DNA of 64,000 nt from an uncultured Chloroflexia bacterium (GCA_963825525.1 CAWGTN010000002.1:1088001-1152000); one strand, 5' to 3'. Positions 45,804 to 56,603 are shown, counted from the stretch's first letter. Program-made: numbers and translations. The notes: generated by a model not told the origin, from the sequence alone.

Positions 45804-46862
45804 TCAGCGCGGCGCGCGCGTGAACTGCTCGCTGACCAGCACCCGCTCGAGCGTGTCGAGGTCCTCGAGCACCCGGCCGGTGCCGCGCACCACGCAGGTC
45901 AGCGGATCATCGGCGATGTGCACCGGCATCTGGGTCGACTCCGCCACCCGCTTGTCGAGCCCCACGAGCAGGGCACCGCCGCCGGCGAGCACGATTCCCT
46001 GGTCCATGATGTCGGCAACCAGCTCCGGCGGCGTCTCCTCGATCGTCTCCTTGATGGCCTCGATGATCTGGACGATCGATGGCTCGAGCGCCTCGCGGAT
46101 CTGGTCGCCGCCGACCTCGACGCTGCGCGGCAGGCCGGTGAGCAGGTCGCGGCCACGGAACGTGACGGTGTGCTCCGAATTCTCCTCGGGGTACGCGGAG
46201 CCGACGGCGATCTTGATGTCCTCGGCGGTCCGCTCACCCATCAGCAGGTTGTACTCGCGCCGGGCGAAGCTGACGATGTCGGTGTCCATCTCGTCGCCGC
46301 CGATGCGAATCGATCGGCTGACGACGATCCCACCCAGGCTGACGACGGCCACCTCGGTGGTTCCACCGCCGATGTCGACGATGAGGCTGCCGGACGGCTC
46401 GCTCACCGGGAGGCCGGCGCCGATGGCCGCCGCCATGGGCTCCTCGATGAGGCGCGCCCAGCGTGCGCCGGCATTGATCGTGGCGTCGCGGACCGCGCGC
46501 TTCTCGACCTCGGTCACGCCCGACGGGATGCCGACCAGGACGCGCGGCCGCGGGATGCGGGCGTATCGGTCGTGCACCTTGTTGATGAAGTACCGAATCA
46601 TCTGCTCGGTGACGTCGAAGTCGCTGATCACGCCGTCGCGCAGCGGCCGGATGGCCACGATGTTCGCCGGCGTCCGCCCCACCATGCGCTTGGCCTCGGC
46701 ACCGATGGCCAAGACGCGCTTCGAGCGAGTGTCCATGGCCACGACCGATGGCTCGCTGATGACGATCCCGCGGTTCCGGACGGTGACGAGCGTGTTCGCC
46801 GTCCCGAGGTCGATCCCGACGTCGTGGCTGAGGAGGCCGAGCAGGCCGTCGAAGAGTCCCAA
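45804..46862 (-). CDS. mreB: Rod shape-determining protein MreB
   Basis: GIDLGTANT, EPSVVA, IRPLRDGVI, EEPMAAAIGAG, VDIGGGTTE, GGGALL. TTG start at 46862. Confidence 0.95.
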   Translation of the reverse strand: MGLFDGLLGLLSHDVGIDLGTANTLVTVRNRGIVISEPSVVAMDTRSKRVLAIGAEAKRMVGRTPANIVAIRPLRDGVISDFDVTEQMIRYFINKVHDRYARIPRPRVLVGIPSGVTEVEKRAVRDATINAGARWARLIEEPMAAAIGAGLPVSEPSGSLIVDIGGGTTEVAVVSLGGIVVSRSIRIGGDEMDTDIVSFARREYNLLMGERTAEDIKIAVGSAYPEENSEHTVTFRGRDLLTGLPRSVEVGGDQIREALEPSIVQIIEAIKETIEETPPELVADIMDQGIVLAGGGALLVGLDKRVAESTQMPVHIADDPLTCVVRGTGRVLEDLDTLERVLVSEQFTRAPR

Positions 46863-47025
46863 GGTCCCTCTCGTGATCGTTCGTTGCGGGCCCGTGGCAC
46901 GTCTGGGCGGCGCGATGGAATCCGATGGTGCGTCCGGGCACCCGCGGGCGCGGCGATACCCTACCACGCAGTCGGTGGCGGGCCAGCAGGACCTTCGTCG
47001 TGTGCGGCGATTCGGTGCGCCTCGA

Positions 47026-47046
47026 TTTGTGCTTCTCTTGGACAAA
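47026..47046. promoter_or_regulatory. Putative XylR (ROK) operator upstream of xylA
   Basis: TTTGTGCTTCTCTTGGACAAA (TTTGT-N11-ACAAA); 18/21 identical to the site at 54760-54780. Confidence 0.75.
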
Positions 47047-47120
47047 CAAGTCTGATACCGTCGGTCCAGAGCAGCGGCGGCGGCGCCATCGGCTCGTGAA
47101 CATCACGCAGGAGGCTCGGT

Positions 47121-48462
47121 GTGGCTGGCTTTTTCCCCGACGTCCCGGGACGCATTCCGTTCGGCGGCCTCGATGCGAGCGAGCCGCTCGCGTTCCGCGT
47201 GTACGAGCCGGACCGACTGGTGCGCGGCGTGCGGATGGAGGATCACCTCCGTATCGCCGTGTGCCTGTGGCACTCGTTCAACTGGCCCGGCTCCGACGTG
47301 TTCGGCACCGGAACCTTCGACCGCCCCTGGTTGGCGGCCGATGCGGACCCGATGCCGGCCGCGCACGACAAGCTCGAGGCTGCCTTCGAGTTCGTATCGG
47401 CGCTCGGCGTCCCCTTCTTCACGTTCCACGATCGCGACGTGGCACCCGAGGGCCGCGACTTTGCCGAGACGCGGGCGAATCTCGACGCGGTCGCGGCGGC
47501 CATGGAAGGCCACATGGAGCGCACCGGCCTCCGTCTCCTGTGGGGCACCGCCAACCTCTTCAGCCATCCCCGCTACGCCGCCGGCGCGGCAACCAACCCC
47601 GATCCCGAGGTCTTCGCCTACGCCGCGGCGCAGGTCAAGGTGATGCTCGAGACGACGCATCGGCTGGGCGGCGCGAACTACGTCCTGTGGGGAGGGCGCG
47701 AGGGCTACGAGACGCTCCTCAACACCGACCTCGGCCGCGAGGAGCAGCAGTTCGCGCGCTTCCTCAGCCTCGTGGCCGAGCACAAGCACCGCATCGGCTT
47801 CGAAGGGAGGCTCCTCCTCGAGCCGAAGCCGCAGGAGCCGACGAAGCACCAGTACGACTACGACTCGGCGACCGTCGACGGCTTCCTCCTGCGCCACGAC
47901 CTGGCCGGCGAGTACGGCGTGAACCTCGAGGCCAACCACGCCACCCTGGCCGGGCACTCGTTCCATCACGAGGTCGCGGTGGCGATCTCGCGCGGCATCT
48001 TCGGCAGCATCGATGCCAACCGCGGTGACCCCCAGAACGGCTGGGACACGGACCAGTTCCCGAACTCGGTGGACGAGCTCAGCCTTGCCCTGTACGAGAT
48101 CGTGCGGGCCGGAGGCTTCACGACCGGCGGCTTCAACTTCGACGCCAAGCTGCGCCGCCAGAGCATGGACCGCAACGACCTGTTCCACGCCCACATCGGC
48201 GGCATCGACACCCTGGCCCGGGCGCTGCTCGTCGCTGCCGACCTCATCGAGGCCGGAGACCTGGAGCGGTATCGGACCGAGCGCTACGCCGGCTGGGACG
48301 ACGGCCTCGGGGCCGATCTGCTGGGCGGCAGCCTGTCGCTGCCCGAGATCGAGGCGCGGGTCGTCGACGGCGGGATCGAGCCACGACCGCGTCTCGGGAG
48401 CGCAGGAGCGACTCGAGAACGTGGTGAACCAGCGCATCTGGGCGGTCGACCGGAAGCGCTGA
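47121..48462 (+). CDS. xylA: Xylose isomerase (class II); +1 frameshift near 48390
   Basis: [48 protein letters not shown]. The conserved C-terminus [12 protein letters not shown] is in the +1 frame, ending at 48462. Confidence 0.93.
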
Positions 48463-48466
48463 GCCG

Positions 48467-49951
48467 ATGACCCTGCTGCTCGGCATCGACGTCTCGACCA
48501 CCGCCACCAAGGCGATCCTGGTGGGCGGAGACGGGGCGGTGCGCGGGATCGGCACGGCGGCCTACGACTACGACCGCCCACGCCCGGGTTGGAGCGAGCA
48601 GGACCCGGCCCTGTGGTGGGACGGCGCCACCGTGGCCATCCGGGCGGCGCTCCAGGACGCGCGGGCGAGCGGTGACGACATCGCCGCCGTCGGCCTCACC
48701 GGGCAGATGCATGGAGCCGTCCTGCTCGACGCAGCCGATACGCCGATCAGGCCCGCGATCCTGTGGAACGACCAGCGCACGAGCGTCGAGTGCGACGCGA
48801 TCCGCGACGCGGTCGGCCCTGACCGCCTGATCGAGGTCACCGGCAACGATGCACTCACCGGCTTCACCGCACCGAAGCTGCTCTGGGTGCGCCGCCATGA
48901 GCCCGATGCATGGCGTCGCGTGGCCCACCTGCTCCTGCCGAAGGACTACGTCCGACTGAAGCTGACCGGGGAGCGTGTCGTCGACAAGGCGGACGGCAGC
49001 GGAACGCTGCTGTTCGATCTCGCGCGCCGCGACTGGTCGGCGGAGGTCGTCTCAGCCCTCGGACTGGATCCGGCCATCCTGCCGCGGAGCGCGGAAGGCC
49101 CGGAATCGACCGGCGCCATCACCTCCGCCGCGGCCGAAGCCACCGGACTGCGAATCGGCACGCCCGTCGTCGCCGGAGGCGGCGACCAGGCAGCGAATGC
49201 GGTCGGGGTCGGCGCCCTCGACCCGGGTGTGGTCGCACTCTCGCTCGGCACATCCGGCGTCGTGTTCGCGGCAACCGACCGGCCGATCGTGGAGCCGCGG
49301 GGGCGGGTGCACGCCTTCTGTCATGCCGTACCCGACCGCTGGCACCTCATGTCGGTCATGCTCTCGGCCGCCGGAAGCCTGCGCTGGTTCCGCGACGCGA
49401 TGGCCCCCGGCACCCCGTTCGATGATCTCGTGGCCGAGGCGGATGGTGTTCCCGCCGGCAGCGACGGCCTCTGGTTCCTCCCCTATCTCACCGGGGAGCG
49501 GAGCCCGCATCCCGACCCCAATGCGCGCGGCGCGTTCATCGGCCTCACCGTTGCCCACGAGCGCCGGCACCTGACCCGGGCGGTGCTCGAAGGAGTTGCC
49601 CACGGCCTGCGCGACGGCCTCGACCTGATGGAGGATGCCGGCATGCCGCACCCCCACCAGATCCGGGCCTCGGGCGGCGGCCTGGCAAGCCGGCTGTGGC
49701 GCCAGATCCTGGCGGATGTGCTCGAGGTCGAGATTGCCGGGACGGGCACCGTCGAAGGGGCAGCATTCGGGGCTGCGTTGCTCGCGGCGCCGGCCGGGGG
49801 ACTGGCCAGCAGCGTTTCCGAGATCGTCGATCGCGTCACCGAGGTCCGGCCCTTGGCCGAGCCCGGACCGGCGGCCGCCGTCTATGCCGAACGACATGCC
49901 GTGTACCGCGAGCTCTACCCGGCGCTGGCGCCGCTCTTCTCGCGGATGTGA
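48467..49951 (+). CDS. xylB: Xylulokinase
   Basis: [47 protein letters not shown]. Confidence 0.93.
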   Translation: MTLLLGIDVSTTATKAILVGGDGAVRGIGTAAYDYDRPRPGWSEQDPALWWDGATVAIRAALQDARASGDDIAAVGLTGQMHGAVLLDAADTPIRPAILWNDQRTSVECDAIRDAVGPDRLIEVTGNDALTGFTAPKLLWVRRHEPDAWRRVAHLLLPKDYVRLKLTGERVVDKADGSGTLLFDLARRDWSAEVVSALGLDPAILPRSAEGPESTGAITSAAAEATGLRIGTPVVAGGGDQAANAVGVGALDPGVVALSLGTSGVVFAATDRPIVEPRGRVHAFCHAVPDRWHLMSVMLSAAGSLRWFRDAMAPGTPFDDLVAEADGVPAGSDGLWFLPYLTGERSPHPDPNARGAFIGLTVAHERRHLTRAVLEGVAHGLRDGLDLMEDAGMPHPHQIRASGGGLASRLWRQILADVLEVEIAGTGTVEGAAFGAALLAAPAGGLASSVSEIVDRVTEVRPLAEPGPAAAVYAERHAVYRELYPALAPLFSRM

Positions 49952-49961
49952 CGTCGTCCCG

Positions 49962-50813
49962 TCAGTGCAGCGAGGCCAGCTCCTCGCTGGTGACCTCGTC
50001 GGGACGCTTGCCGAGGATGATCATGGCCAGCACCTGGTCCGTCGTCACGTCGGTCCGCTTGACGGTGCCGACGATCTCACCGTGGTGCATCACGCTGATG
50101 CGGTCCGAGAGATCGAACACGTCGTGGATGTCGTGGCTGATCAGGAAGATGCCGATCCCCTCCGCCTTCAGCTGTCGGATGAGCTCGCGGACCTGTGCCG
50201 TCTCGGCCGGTCCGAGGGCGGCGGTCGGCTCATCCATGATCAGGATCGTTGCGTTGAACTCGATGGCACGGGCGATGGCGACCGACTGTCGCTGGCCGCC
50301 CGATAGCGAGGCGACCGCCGTCTTGAAGTTCTTGAACCGGGGATTGAGCCGCTCCATGAGACTGCGTGTGGCCGATTCCATGGCCGCGTCGTCGAGCGTC
50401 CCGAAGCCGCTCACCTTCTCGCGGCCGAGGAACACGTTGGCCGGCGCGTCGAGGTTGTCGGCCAGTGCCAGTGTCTGGTAGATCGTCTCGATGCCATGCG
50501 CTCGCGCATCACGCGGGTTATGGATCGTGACCCTGTGGCCGTTGATGCGGATCTCGCCCGAGTCGGCAGGCTGCGCGCCCGACAGGACGCGCATGAGCGT
50601 CGACTTGCCGGCGCCGTTGCCGCCGACCAGGCCCATGACCTCGCCGGGGTACAGGTCGATGCTGACCCCATCGACGGCGTGAACGCCTCCGAACGAGACG
50701 CGGATATTCGTCAGCTCCACCATGGGCGTCGTGTCGGTCGCCGCGGCCGCGCGACTGGCCGCCCCGGGGTCGGGGGTGGTCTGCACTCCGGTGGGATCCG
50801 GTATGGCGGTCAT
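49962..50813 (-). CDS. xylG: Sugar (xylose) ABC transporter ATP-binding protein, single NBD
   Basis: [25 protein letters not shown]. Confidence 0.85.
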   Translation of the reverse strand: MTAIPDPTGVQTTPDPGAASRAAAATDTTPMVELTNIRVSFGGVHAVDGVSIDLYPGEVMGLVGGNGAGKSTLMRVLSGAQPADSGEIRINGHRVTIHNPRDARAHGIETIYQTLALADNLDAPANVFLGREKVSGFGTLDDAAMESATRSLMERLNPRFKNFKTAVASLSGGQRQSVAIARAIEFNATILIMDEPTAALGPAETAQVRELIRQLKAEGIGIFLISHDIHDVFDLSDRISVMHHGEIVGTVKRTDVTTDQVLAMIILGKRPDEVTSEELASLH

Positions 50814-50831
50814 GCGTCTCCTCTCGGGTTC

Positions 50832-52178
50832 CTAGGTCGTCCGTCGCCGCAACAGGGCGTCGAGCCCCACCGCCGCCACGAGCACGATCCCCACCACGAT
50901 ATCCTGCATCGGCGAGTCGACACGCATGAGCACCATCCCCGAACGCAGGGATTGCATGACCACCGCGCCGAGGATGGCGCCGGGAATCGTGCCGACACCC
51001 CCGGTGAAGGATGTGCCGCCGATCACCGCGGCCGAGATCACGTCGAGCTCATTCTGGACCCCCAGGCCCGTCACCGCGGCATTGAGGCGAGCCGTCTGGA
51101 CCGCGGCGCTGACGGCGGCGAGGATGCCCATGACGACGAATGTGAGCATGACCGCGCGGCGGGTGTTGATCCCGCTCAGCTCGGCCGCGACCGGGTTGCC
51201 GCCGATCGCATACACATTGCGACCGAACCGACGCCGCTCGGCCAGGTGGGTCATGACAATGGCAACGGCGATCATGATGAGCACCGGATAGGCGATACCG
51301 GTGGGGATGATGAGCCCGCCCTCCGGGACCGGAATGTTGTTCTGCTCCGCGTATTGGGCCGCCAGCGCGCTCGGCCACGGATACGCGTTCGCCACCCACA
51401 CGCCGCCGAGCACCACGGCGATCCCGACTGCCCCGAGCACGATCATGGCCCAGGGCGGCCGCACCTGGAACCCGTACGCGGATCGCCTTCTGCGGTTGAG
51501 CAGCAGGCCGATGACGATGGCGACGCAGGCAACGCCGCCGAGTGCCCAGCTTCCGAACTCCCCAAGCGAGCCCTGCGGTCCCCCGCCCAGGAAACGGAAG
51601 GTGGTGTCGAGCGGGGCGATGGTCTGGCCCTGCGCGTACTGGAAGATGAGCCCGCGCCACACGAGCAAGCCGCCGAGGGTGACGATGAACGATGGGACTC
51701 CGCCATAGGCGATGACGAAGCCCTGGATGCCACCCAGCAGGGCGCCGAGCGCCAGGCCGAGCGCCAGGGTGATGATCCACGTCAGCGGATGCCCGAGGCC
51801 CAGGCCGAGTCCGTCCGGAATCCACTGCGTCTGGGCCATGGCCATCGTGTAGCCGGTGAACCCCAGCAATGCACCGACCGACAGGTCGATATTGCGCGAC
51901 ACGATGATGAGGACCATGCCGGTCGCCATGATCGCGATCGACGCGCTCTGCACCGAGAGATTCCACAGGTTGCGGGCCGAGAGGAACGTCCCGTCGGATG
52001 CGATGTTGAAGCCAATCCAGATGATCGCCAGGCCAGCCACGAGGCCGACCAGGCGGGTGTCGACATCGGCGGTGCGAATGATGCCGCCGACCACCTGCGG
52101 AACACGACGCAGCCATGCCACGAACGCCTGAAGCCGCTCCCCGATGGAGCGACGCTGGGCGGACGGTTCGTCAGACAT
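50832..52178 (-). CDS. xylH: Xylose ABC transporter permease
   Basis: IDLSVG, VPSFIVTLGG, YAIGGNPVAAELSGI, ELDVISAAVIGGTS. Confidence 0.88.
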   Translation of the reverse strand: MSDEPSAQRRSIGERLQAFVAWLRRVPQVVGGIIRTADVDTRLVGLVAGLAIIWIGFNIASDGTFLSARNLWNLSVQSASIAIMATGMVLIIVSRNIDLSVGALLGFTGYTMAMAQTQWIPDGLGLGLGHPLTWIITLALGLALGALLGGIQGFVIAYGGVPSFIVTLGGLLVWRGLIFQYAQGQTIAPLDTTFRFLGGGPQGSLGEFGSWALGGVACVAIVIGLLLNRRRRSAYGFQVRPPWAMIVLGAVGIAVVLGGVWVANAYPWPSALAAQYAEQNNIPVPEGGLIIPTGIAYPVLIMIAVAIVMTHLAERRRFGRNVYAIGGNPVAAELSGINTRRAVMLTFVVMGILAAVSAAVQTARLNAAVTGLGVQNELDVISAAVIGGTSFTGGVGTIPGAILGAVVMQSLRSGMVLMRVDSPMQDIVVGIVLVAAVGLDALLRRRTT

Positions 52179-52211
52179 GCAATGCCACCTCGCGGTAGGG
52201 AGCGGGGTAGT

Positions 52212-52244
52212 GCTCCGCGCCCGCCATGGCGGCGGGCGCGGAGC
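52212..52244 (-). terminator. Perfect 14-bp hairpin between xylF and xylH (mRNA-stabilising or attenuating stem)
   Basis: GCTCCGCGCCCGCC-ATGGC-GGCGGGCGCGGAGC. Confidence 0.7.
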
Positions 52245-52266
52245 GTGGGCTCAGCTCAGCGGCGGG

Positions 52267-53379
52267 TCAGCAGCCGTCGACGCTGCCGGCCTCGACGCCC
52301 TGGCAGAGCGTGGCCTCATCGATCCAGCCCGCATCGAGCACCACACTCAGGTTGTCCTGGGTGATCGGAATCGGCTCGAGCAGGATGGAGGTCATGGCAT
52401 TGCCTCCGGGGCTGTCGAAGGTCGCGGTGCCCGCGACCGTCGAGATGTCCGGGTTGTCGCACAGGGCCACGGCCGCCTCGGCAGCCGCCGTTCCCAGCTC
52501 GCGGGCATCCTTCCAGACGCTCACGCTCTGGGTGCCGAGCGCCACACGATTCAGGGCCGCCTGCTCGCCGTCCTGTCCGGAGACAGGAATGTCACCGGCA
52601 AGTCCCTGGGCGTCGAGCGCGGCGACGACGCCGCCGGCCATGCCGTCGTTCTCGGCGAGGACCGCATCGACATCATTGTCGTTGTCGGTGAGGAACTGCT
52701 CCATGTGGTCCTGGGCTATCGACGGATCCCAGTTGTCGGTGTAGGTCTCGCCGACAATCTCGATGTCGCCGGCAGCGACCGCATCGCCGATGACCTCGTC
52801 CATGCCCGCACGCAGGAAGTCCGCGTTGGCGTCGGCCGAGTTGCCCTTGATGATCACGTACTTGCCGCTCGGCACGAGGTCGAAGATGACTTCTGCCTCG
52901 AGCCGGCCAACGCCGACGTTGTCGAACGTGATGTACAGCGCGTTGGGATCTTCGATGAGCCGGTCGTAGGCGATGACCGGAACGCCCTCGTTGATGGCGG
53001 CCTCGACCGATGGCAGGATCGCCGTGCCGTCCTGAGCCAGGATGATGAGCACGTCAGCCCCATCGGCGATGAGGTTCTCGACGTTGCTGGCCTGGGTCTC
53101 TGCCGACGACGCGGCGTCGTTCGAGACGTACTCAGCGCCCGCGGCCTCGAGCGCATCCTGGATGGCGGGCTCGTCCCACAGCGCCCAGCGCTCTTCCTGG
53201 TAGTTGTTCCACGAGACGCCGACCGTGCAGTCGCCGCTCGCTGCCTGGGACTCGGGGGCGTTCGAGGTCGGAGCCTGCGACTCCGCGTCGCTCGGTGCCG
53301 TCGATGTGCCGGGACTGCTGCATGCGGCGAGCAGCAGGGCAAGAATGCCCAGGAGCGCCGCCAACTTGCGTATGACCAT
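52267..53379 (-). CDS. xylF: Xylose ABC transporter substrate-binding lipoprotein
   Basis: Lipobox LAAC, EERWALWD, VIAYDRLI, FDNVGVG, ENDGMA, VSGQDG, VSVWKD. Confidence 0.88.
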   Translation of the reverse strand: MVIRKLAALLGILALLLAACSSPGTSTAPSDAESQAPTSNAPESQAASGDCTVGVSWNNYQEERWALWDEPAIQDALEAAGAEYVSNDAASSAETQASNVENLIADGADVLIILAQDGTAILPSVEAAINEGVPVIAYDRLIEDPNALYITFDNVGVGRLEAEVIFDLVPSGKYVIIKGNSADANADFLRAGMDEVIGDAVAAGDIEIVGETYTDNWDPSIAQDHMEQFLTDNDNDVDAVLAENDGMAGGVVAALDAQGLAGDIPVSGQDGEQAALNRVALGTQSVSVWKDARELGTAAAEAAVALCDNPDISTVAGTATFDSPGGNAMTSILLEPIPITQDNLSVVLDAGWIDEATLCQGVEAGSVDGC

Positions 53380-53528
53380 GAGTGTGCTCTCCTCCGATAT
53401 GGAACCAAAGCTGCGTCGGTGATGGGGCGCCGGATCAGGCTACTCTTCTGTCAACCCCCTCCTCGCTTCGCTTCTCGATCGCTCGGGTTGCGGCCGTGCG
53501 CATCTCCCGATCGTGAACGGAGCATCAA

Positions 53529-54755
53529 TCAGGCGCTCGCCAGCGCGGGCGTTCGCGGCCTGAGCCGCGCGGCTGGATCGAGGAGCAGGTCCTCGAAGGC
53601 AAGCTCGGCGGCGCCGAGGATCGGCGCATCAACGCCCAGCGAGCCGGGAACGATCCGAACGAGCTCGGACGACGGCCACAGCGCGCGCCGCGTCACCGCC
53701 TGCTCGATCGTCGTGCCGACCAGCGGATGGATGCGCTCGAAGACTCCGCCGAGAACCACGAGCTGCGGATTGAGGACGTTGACCAGGGCGGCGAGACCGG
53801 TGCCGAGCCAGGTTGCGACATGCTCGAGGGCGGCCAGCGCCCGCTCCTCCCCGTGGTGGGCGGCCTCGATGAGCTCCGTGACGGCAGCCCGTCCCCCATC
53901 GGGATCGCGCTCGGCACGAACCAGGAGCGCGCGTTCCCCGATCTCGGTTTCCCAGCACCCGGACGAGCCGCATCTGCAGGCCGCCCCCGCCGGGTTGACC
54001 GGCATGTGGCCCACCTCGCCGCCGTAGCCCGCCGCACCAACCAGCGGGCGACCATCGACAATGATGTTCCCACCCACGCCGACCTCGCCCATGACGTAGA
54101 TGACGTGGTCGAACCCTATCGCGGCGCCTCGCCGATGCTCCGCCAGTCCGCCCAGGTCGGCCTCGTTGGCGACCATCACCGGCACGTCGAGATCCAGCGC
54201 CGCCGAGATCCGGTCGGCCAGGGGGACGTCACGCCATCCGAGGTTGGGCGCCTGGCGCACCACGCCATCGCTGCGGCGGACCACGCCTGCGACCGCGACA
54301 CCGACGCCGGCAAGGACGTCCGCGTCGAGCCCGGGCAGCAGGGGTCGGGCGAGATCCACGAGGTCGGCCACGATTTCGTCGACCGTCTCGTGGGCGCGCG
54401 GTCGATCGACGCGCTCGAGGCGATGAATCGTGCCCCCGAGGCCGACCAGCGCGACCGCCAGAGAGTCGACGTTCGCCTCGAGCGCGAGAGCCATCGACTG
54501 GTCGGAGCGCGCGCGGACCACGGGCGAGGGCCGCCCCGGCGTGCCGACCGGGAGGCTCCGGCGCTCGTCCACGAGATTCGCGGCCACCAGCTCTCCGATC
54601 AGCCCCCGGATGGCACTCCGCGTCAGGCCGGTACGGATGACGAGCTCCGAGCGGGACAGCGGCCCGTGCACATGGAGCTCGCGGACGATGGCGCTGAGAT
54701 TGGCCCGGCGGACCGTCTCGCTGCGCTGGCCCACGACATCCCGAGGTGGTGACAC
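53529..54755 (-). CDS. ROK-family transcriptional repressor (XylR-like)
   Basis: N-terminal wHTH (SRSEL...TGLTRSAI...GRP), NEADLGGLAE, GEVGH, CRCGSSGCWE. GTG start after AGGAG. Confidence 0.88.
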   Translation of the reverse strand: MSPPRDVVGQRSETVRRANLSAIVRELHVHGPLSRSELVIRTGLTRSAIRGLIGELVAANLVDERRSLPVGTPGRPSPVVRARSDQSMALALEANVDSLAVALVGLGGTIHRLERVDRPRAHETVDEIVADLVDLARPLLPGLDADVLAGVGVAVAGVVRRSDGVVRQAPNLGWRDVPLADRISAALDLDVPVMVANEADLGGLAEHRRGAAIGFDHVIYVMGEVGVGGNIIVDGRPLVGAAGYGGEVGHMPVNPAGAACRCGSSGCWETEIGERALLVRAERDPDGGRAAVTELIEAAHHGEERALAALEHVATWLGTGLAALVNVLNPQLVVLGGVFERIHPLVGTTIEQAVTRRALWPSSELVRIVPGSLGVDAPILGAAELAFEDLLLDPAARLRPRTPALASA

Positions 54756-54759
54756 CCGG

Positions 54760-54804
54760 TTTGTGCTCCTCTTGCCCAAATGGTTTGGCGTAGACTCCAC
54801 CAAA
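54760..54804. promoter_or_regulatory. Tandem putative XylR operators in the divergent xylR/SDR promoter
   Basis: TTTGTGCTCCTCTTGCCCAAA (54760-54780) and TTTGGCGTAGACTCCACCAAA (54784-54804), both TTTG-N13-CAAA. A minus-strand TTGACA is at 54816-54821. Confidence 0.72.
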
Positions 54805-54900
54805 TAGGCGGCGCATGTCAATAGCATCGGCCGGCCCGGACCCTCTCGACGAGTCCTCACCAGCGCCGCGGTCCCCCGGCCGGAGTCACAGGAGCGATCG

Positions 54901-55608
54901 ATGGACAGCCTCACCGGGCGCGTGGCCCTCATCACCGGAGCGAGCCGCGGCATCGGTGCCGCGGTGGCGCGCCAGCTCGACGCCGCGGGCGTCCGGGTCG
55001 GATTGGCCTCGCGCAGTGGGGACGACCTGGGGATCGAAGGGGCGGTGGGCGTCGCCGCGGACGTCCGTGATGCGTCCTCCATCGGGAGCGCGGTCGCGAC
55101 CGTCGTCGAGCGACTCGGCCGGCTCGACATCCTGGTGGTGAATGCGGGCGTCGGAGCCTATGGACCGATCCTCGACCTCCCGGCGGAGCAGGTCGACGAG
55201 ATGATCGACGTGAACGTCAAGGGTGCGATCCACTCGGTGCGGGCGGCCCTGCCTCATCTCATGAAGAGCCCCGCCGCGGACGTCGTGACGCTGGCAAGCG
55301 AAGCGGGGCGGCGCGGCCTTCCGCTCGAGGCCGTGTACTGCGCCTCGAAGTTCGCGCAGGTCGGACTCACCCGCGCCCTCGACCACGAGCTGCGCGAGCA
55401 CGGCATCCGCTGCACCAACGTCTGTCCGGGCGGGGTGGCGACCGACTTCGCGATGGGCCGTGGGCGGACGCCCGACATGCCCGAGCTCGCCGGCATGATG
55501 CAGCCCGACGAGGTGGCCGAGACCGTCATGTTCGTGCTCACGCGTCCGCGAACGCATCGCATCCTCGAGGTTGCCTTCCGACCGGTCAGCGAAGCGTCCT
55601 GGGGCTGA
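54901..55608 (+). CDS. Short-chain dehydrogenase/reductase (classical SDR)
   Basis: TGASRGIG, VNAG, YCASK, CPGGVAT. Confidence 0.88.
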   Translation: MDSLTGRVALITGASRGIGAAVARQLDAAGVRVGLASRSGDDLGIEGAVGVAADVRDASSIGSAVATVVERLGRLDILVVNAGVGAYGPILDLPAEQVDEMIDVNVKGAIHSVRAALPHLMKSPAADVVTLASEAGRRGLPLEAVYCASKFAQVGLTRALDHELREHGIRCTNVCPGGVATDFAMGRGRTPDMPELAGMMQPDEVAETVMFVLTRPRTHRILEVAFRPVSEASWG

Positions 55609-55612
55609 GCCG

Positions 55613-56603
55613 ATGAGCGTGCTGCGCTGGGGGATCCTCTCGACGGCGAAGATCGCGCGTACCAAGGTGATTCCCGGAATCCGGGGCGCGACGGAACTGC
55701 GAGGTCGTGGCGATCGCGTCGCGCGACGGCGACACCGCACGCACCGTGGCCACTGAGCTCGGCATCGCGCGGGCCCACGCCTCCTACGAGGAGCTGCTGG
55801 CCGATCCTGACGTCGACGCGGTCTACATCCCGCTCCCCAACCACCTCCACGCGGAATGGACGATCGCCGCCGCCCGTGCCGGCAAGCACGTCCTGTGCGA
55901 GAAGCCGCTTGCGCTGACCGTCGCCGAAGCCGAGCGCATGGTGGAGGCCTGCGACGTCGCCGGCGTCCAGCTCATGGAAGCGTTCATGTATCGCCACCAC
56001 GCGTCATGGTTGGCGGTACGGGAGGCAGTCGCATCGGGACGCATCGGCCGGCTGGTGGCGGTCCAGAGCTGGTTCAGCTACTTCAACGACGACCCGGCGA
56101 ACATTCGGAACATCCTCGAAGCAGGCGGCGGCGCGCTCTACGACATCGGCTGCTACTGCGTCAATCTCTCGCGGTTCCTGTTCGCTGCCGAGCCGACGCG
56201 CGTAGTGGGGTCGGTGATGCGGGATCCGATGGGCGGCACCGACATCGTGGCGGCCGGAGTCCTCGAGTTCGGCGATGGCGTGGCCACCTTCACGACCTCG
56301 ACTCGCGCAGAAGACGACCAGCACGTCAATGTCTATGGCACCGAGGGCAGGATCTCCGTCGAGATCCCGTTCAACATCCCGCCGACCCTCCCCACCCGCA
56401 TCCACATCGCGGCCGGCGGCGACCCCCCGGTTGCGGCGCAGGTCGAGACGCTCACCTTCGAGCCGGCCGACCCCTATACCGATGAGGCCTCGGCCTTCGC
56501 CGAGGCCGTCCTTGCCGGCCGGCCGGTTCCCGTTTCAGCCGCCGACGCCGTTGCCAACCTGCGGGTGATCGAGGCACTCTTCGACTCCGCCGAGGGCAGC
56601 TGA
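55613..56603 (+). CDS. Gfo/Idh/MocA oxidoreductase (aldose/D-xylose 1-dehydrogenase-like); +1 frameshift near 55694
   Basis: MSVLRWGILSTAKIA in one frame; NCEVVAIASR...YIPLPNHLH...CEKP...MEAFMYR...GGGALYDIGCY in the +1 frame. Confidence 0.82.
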
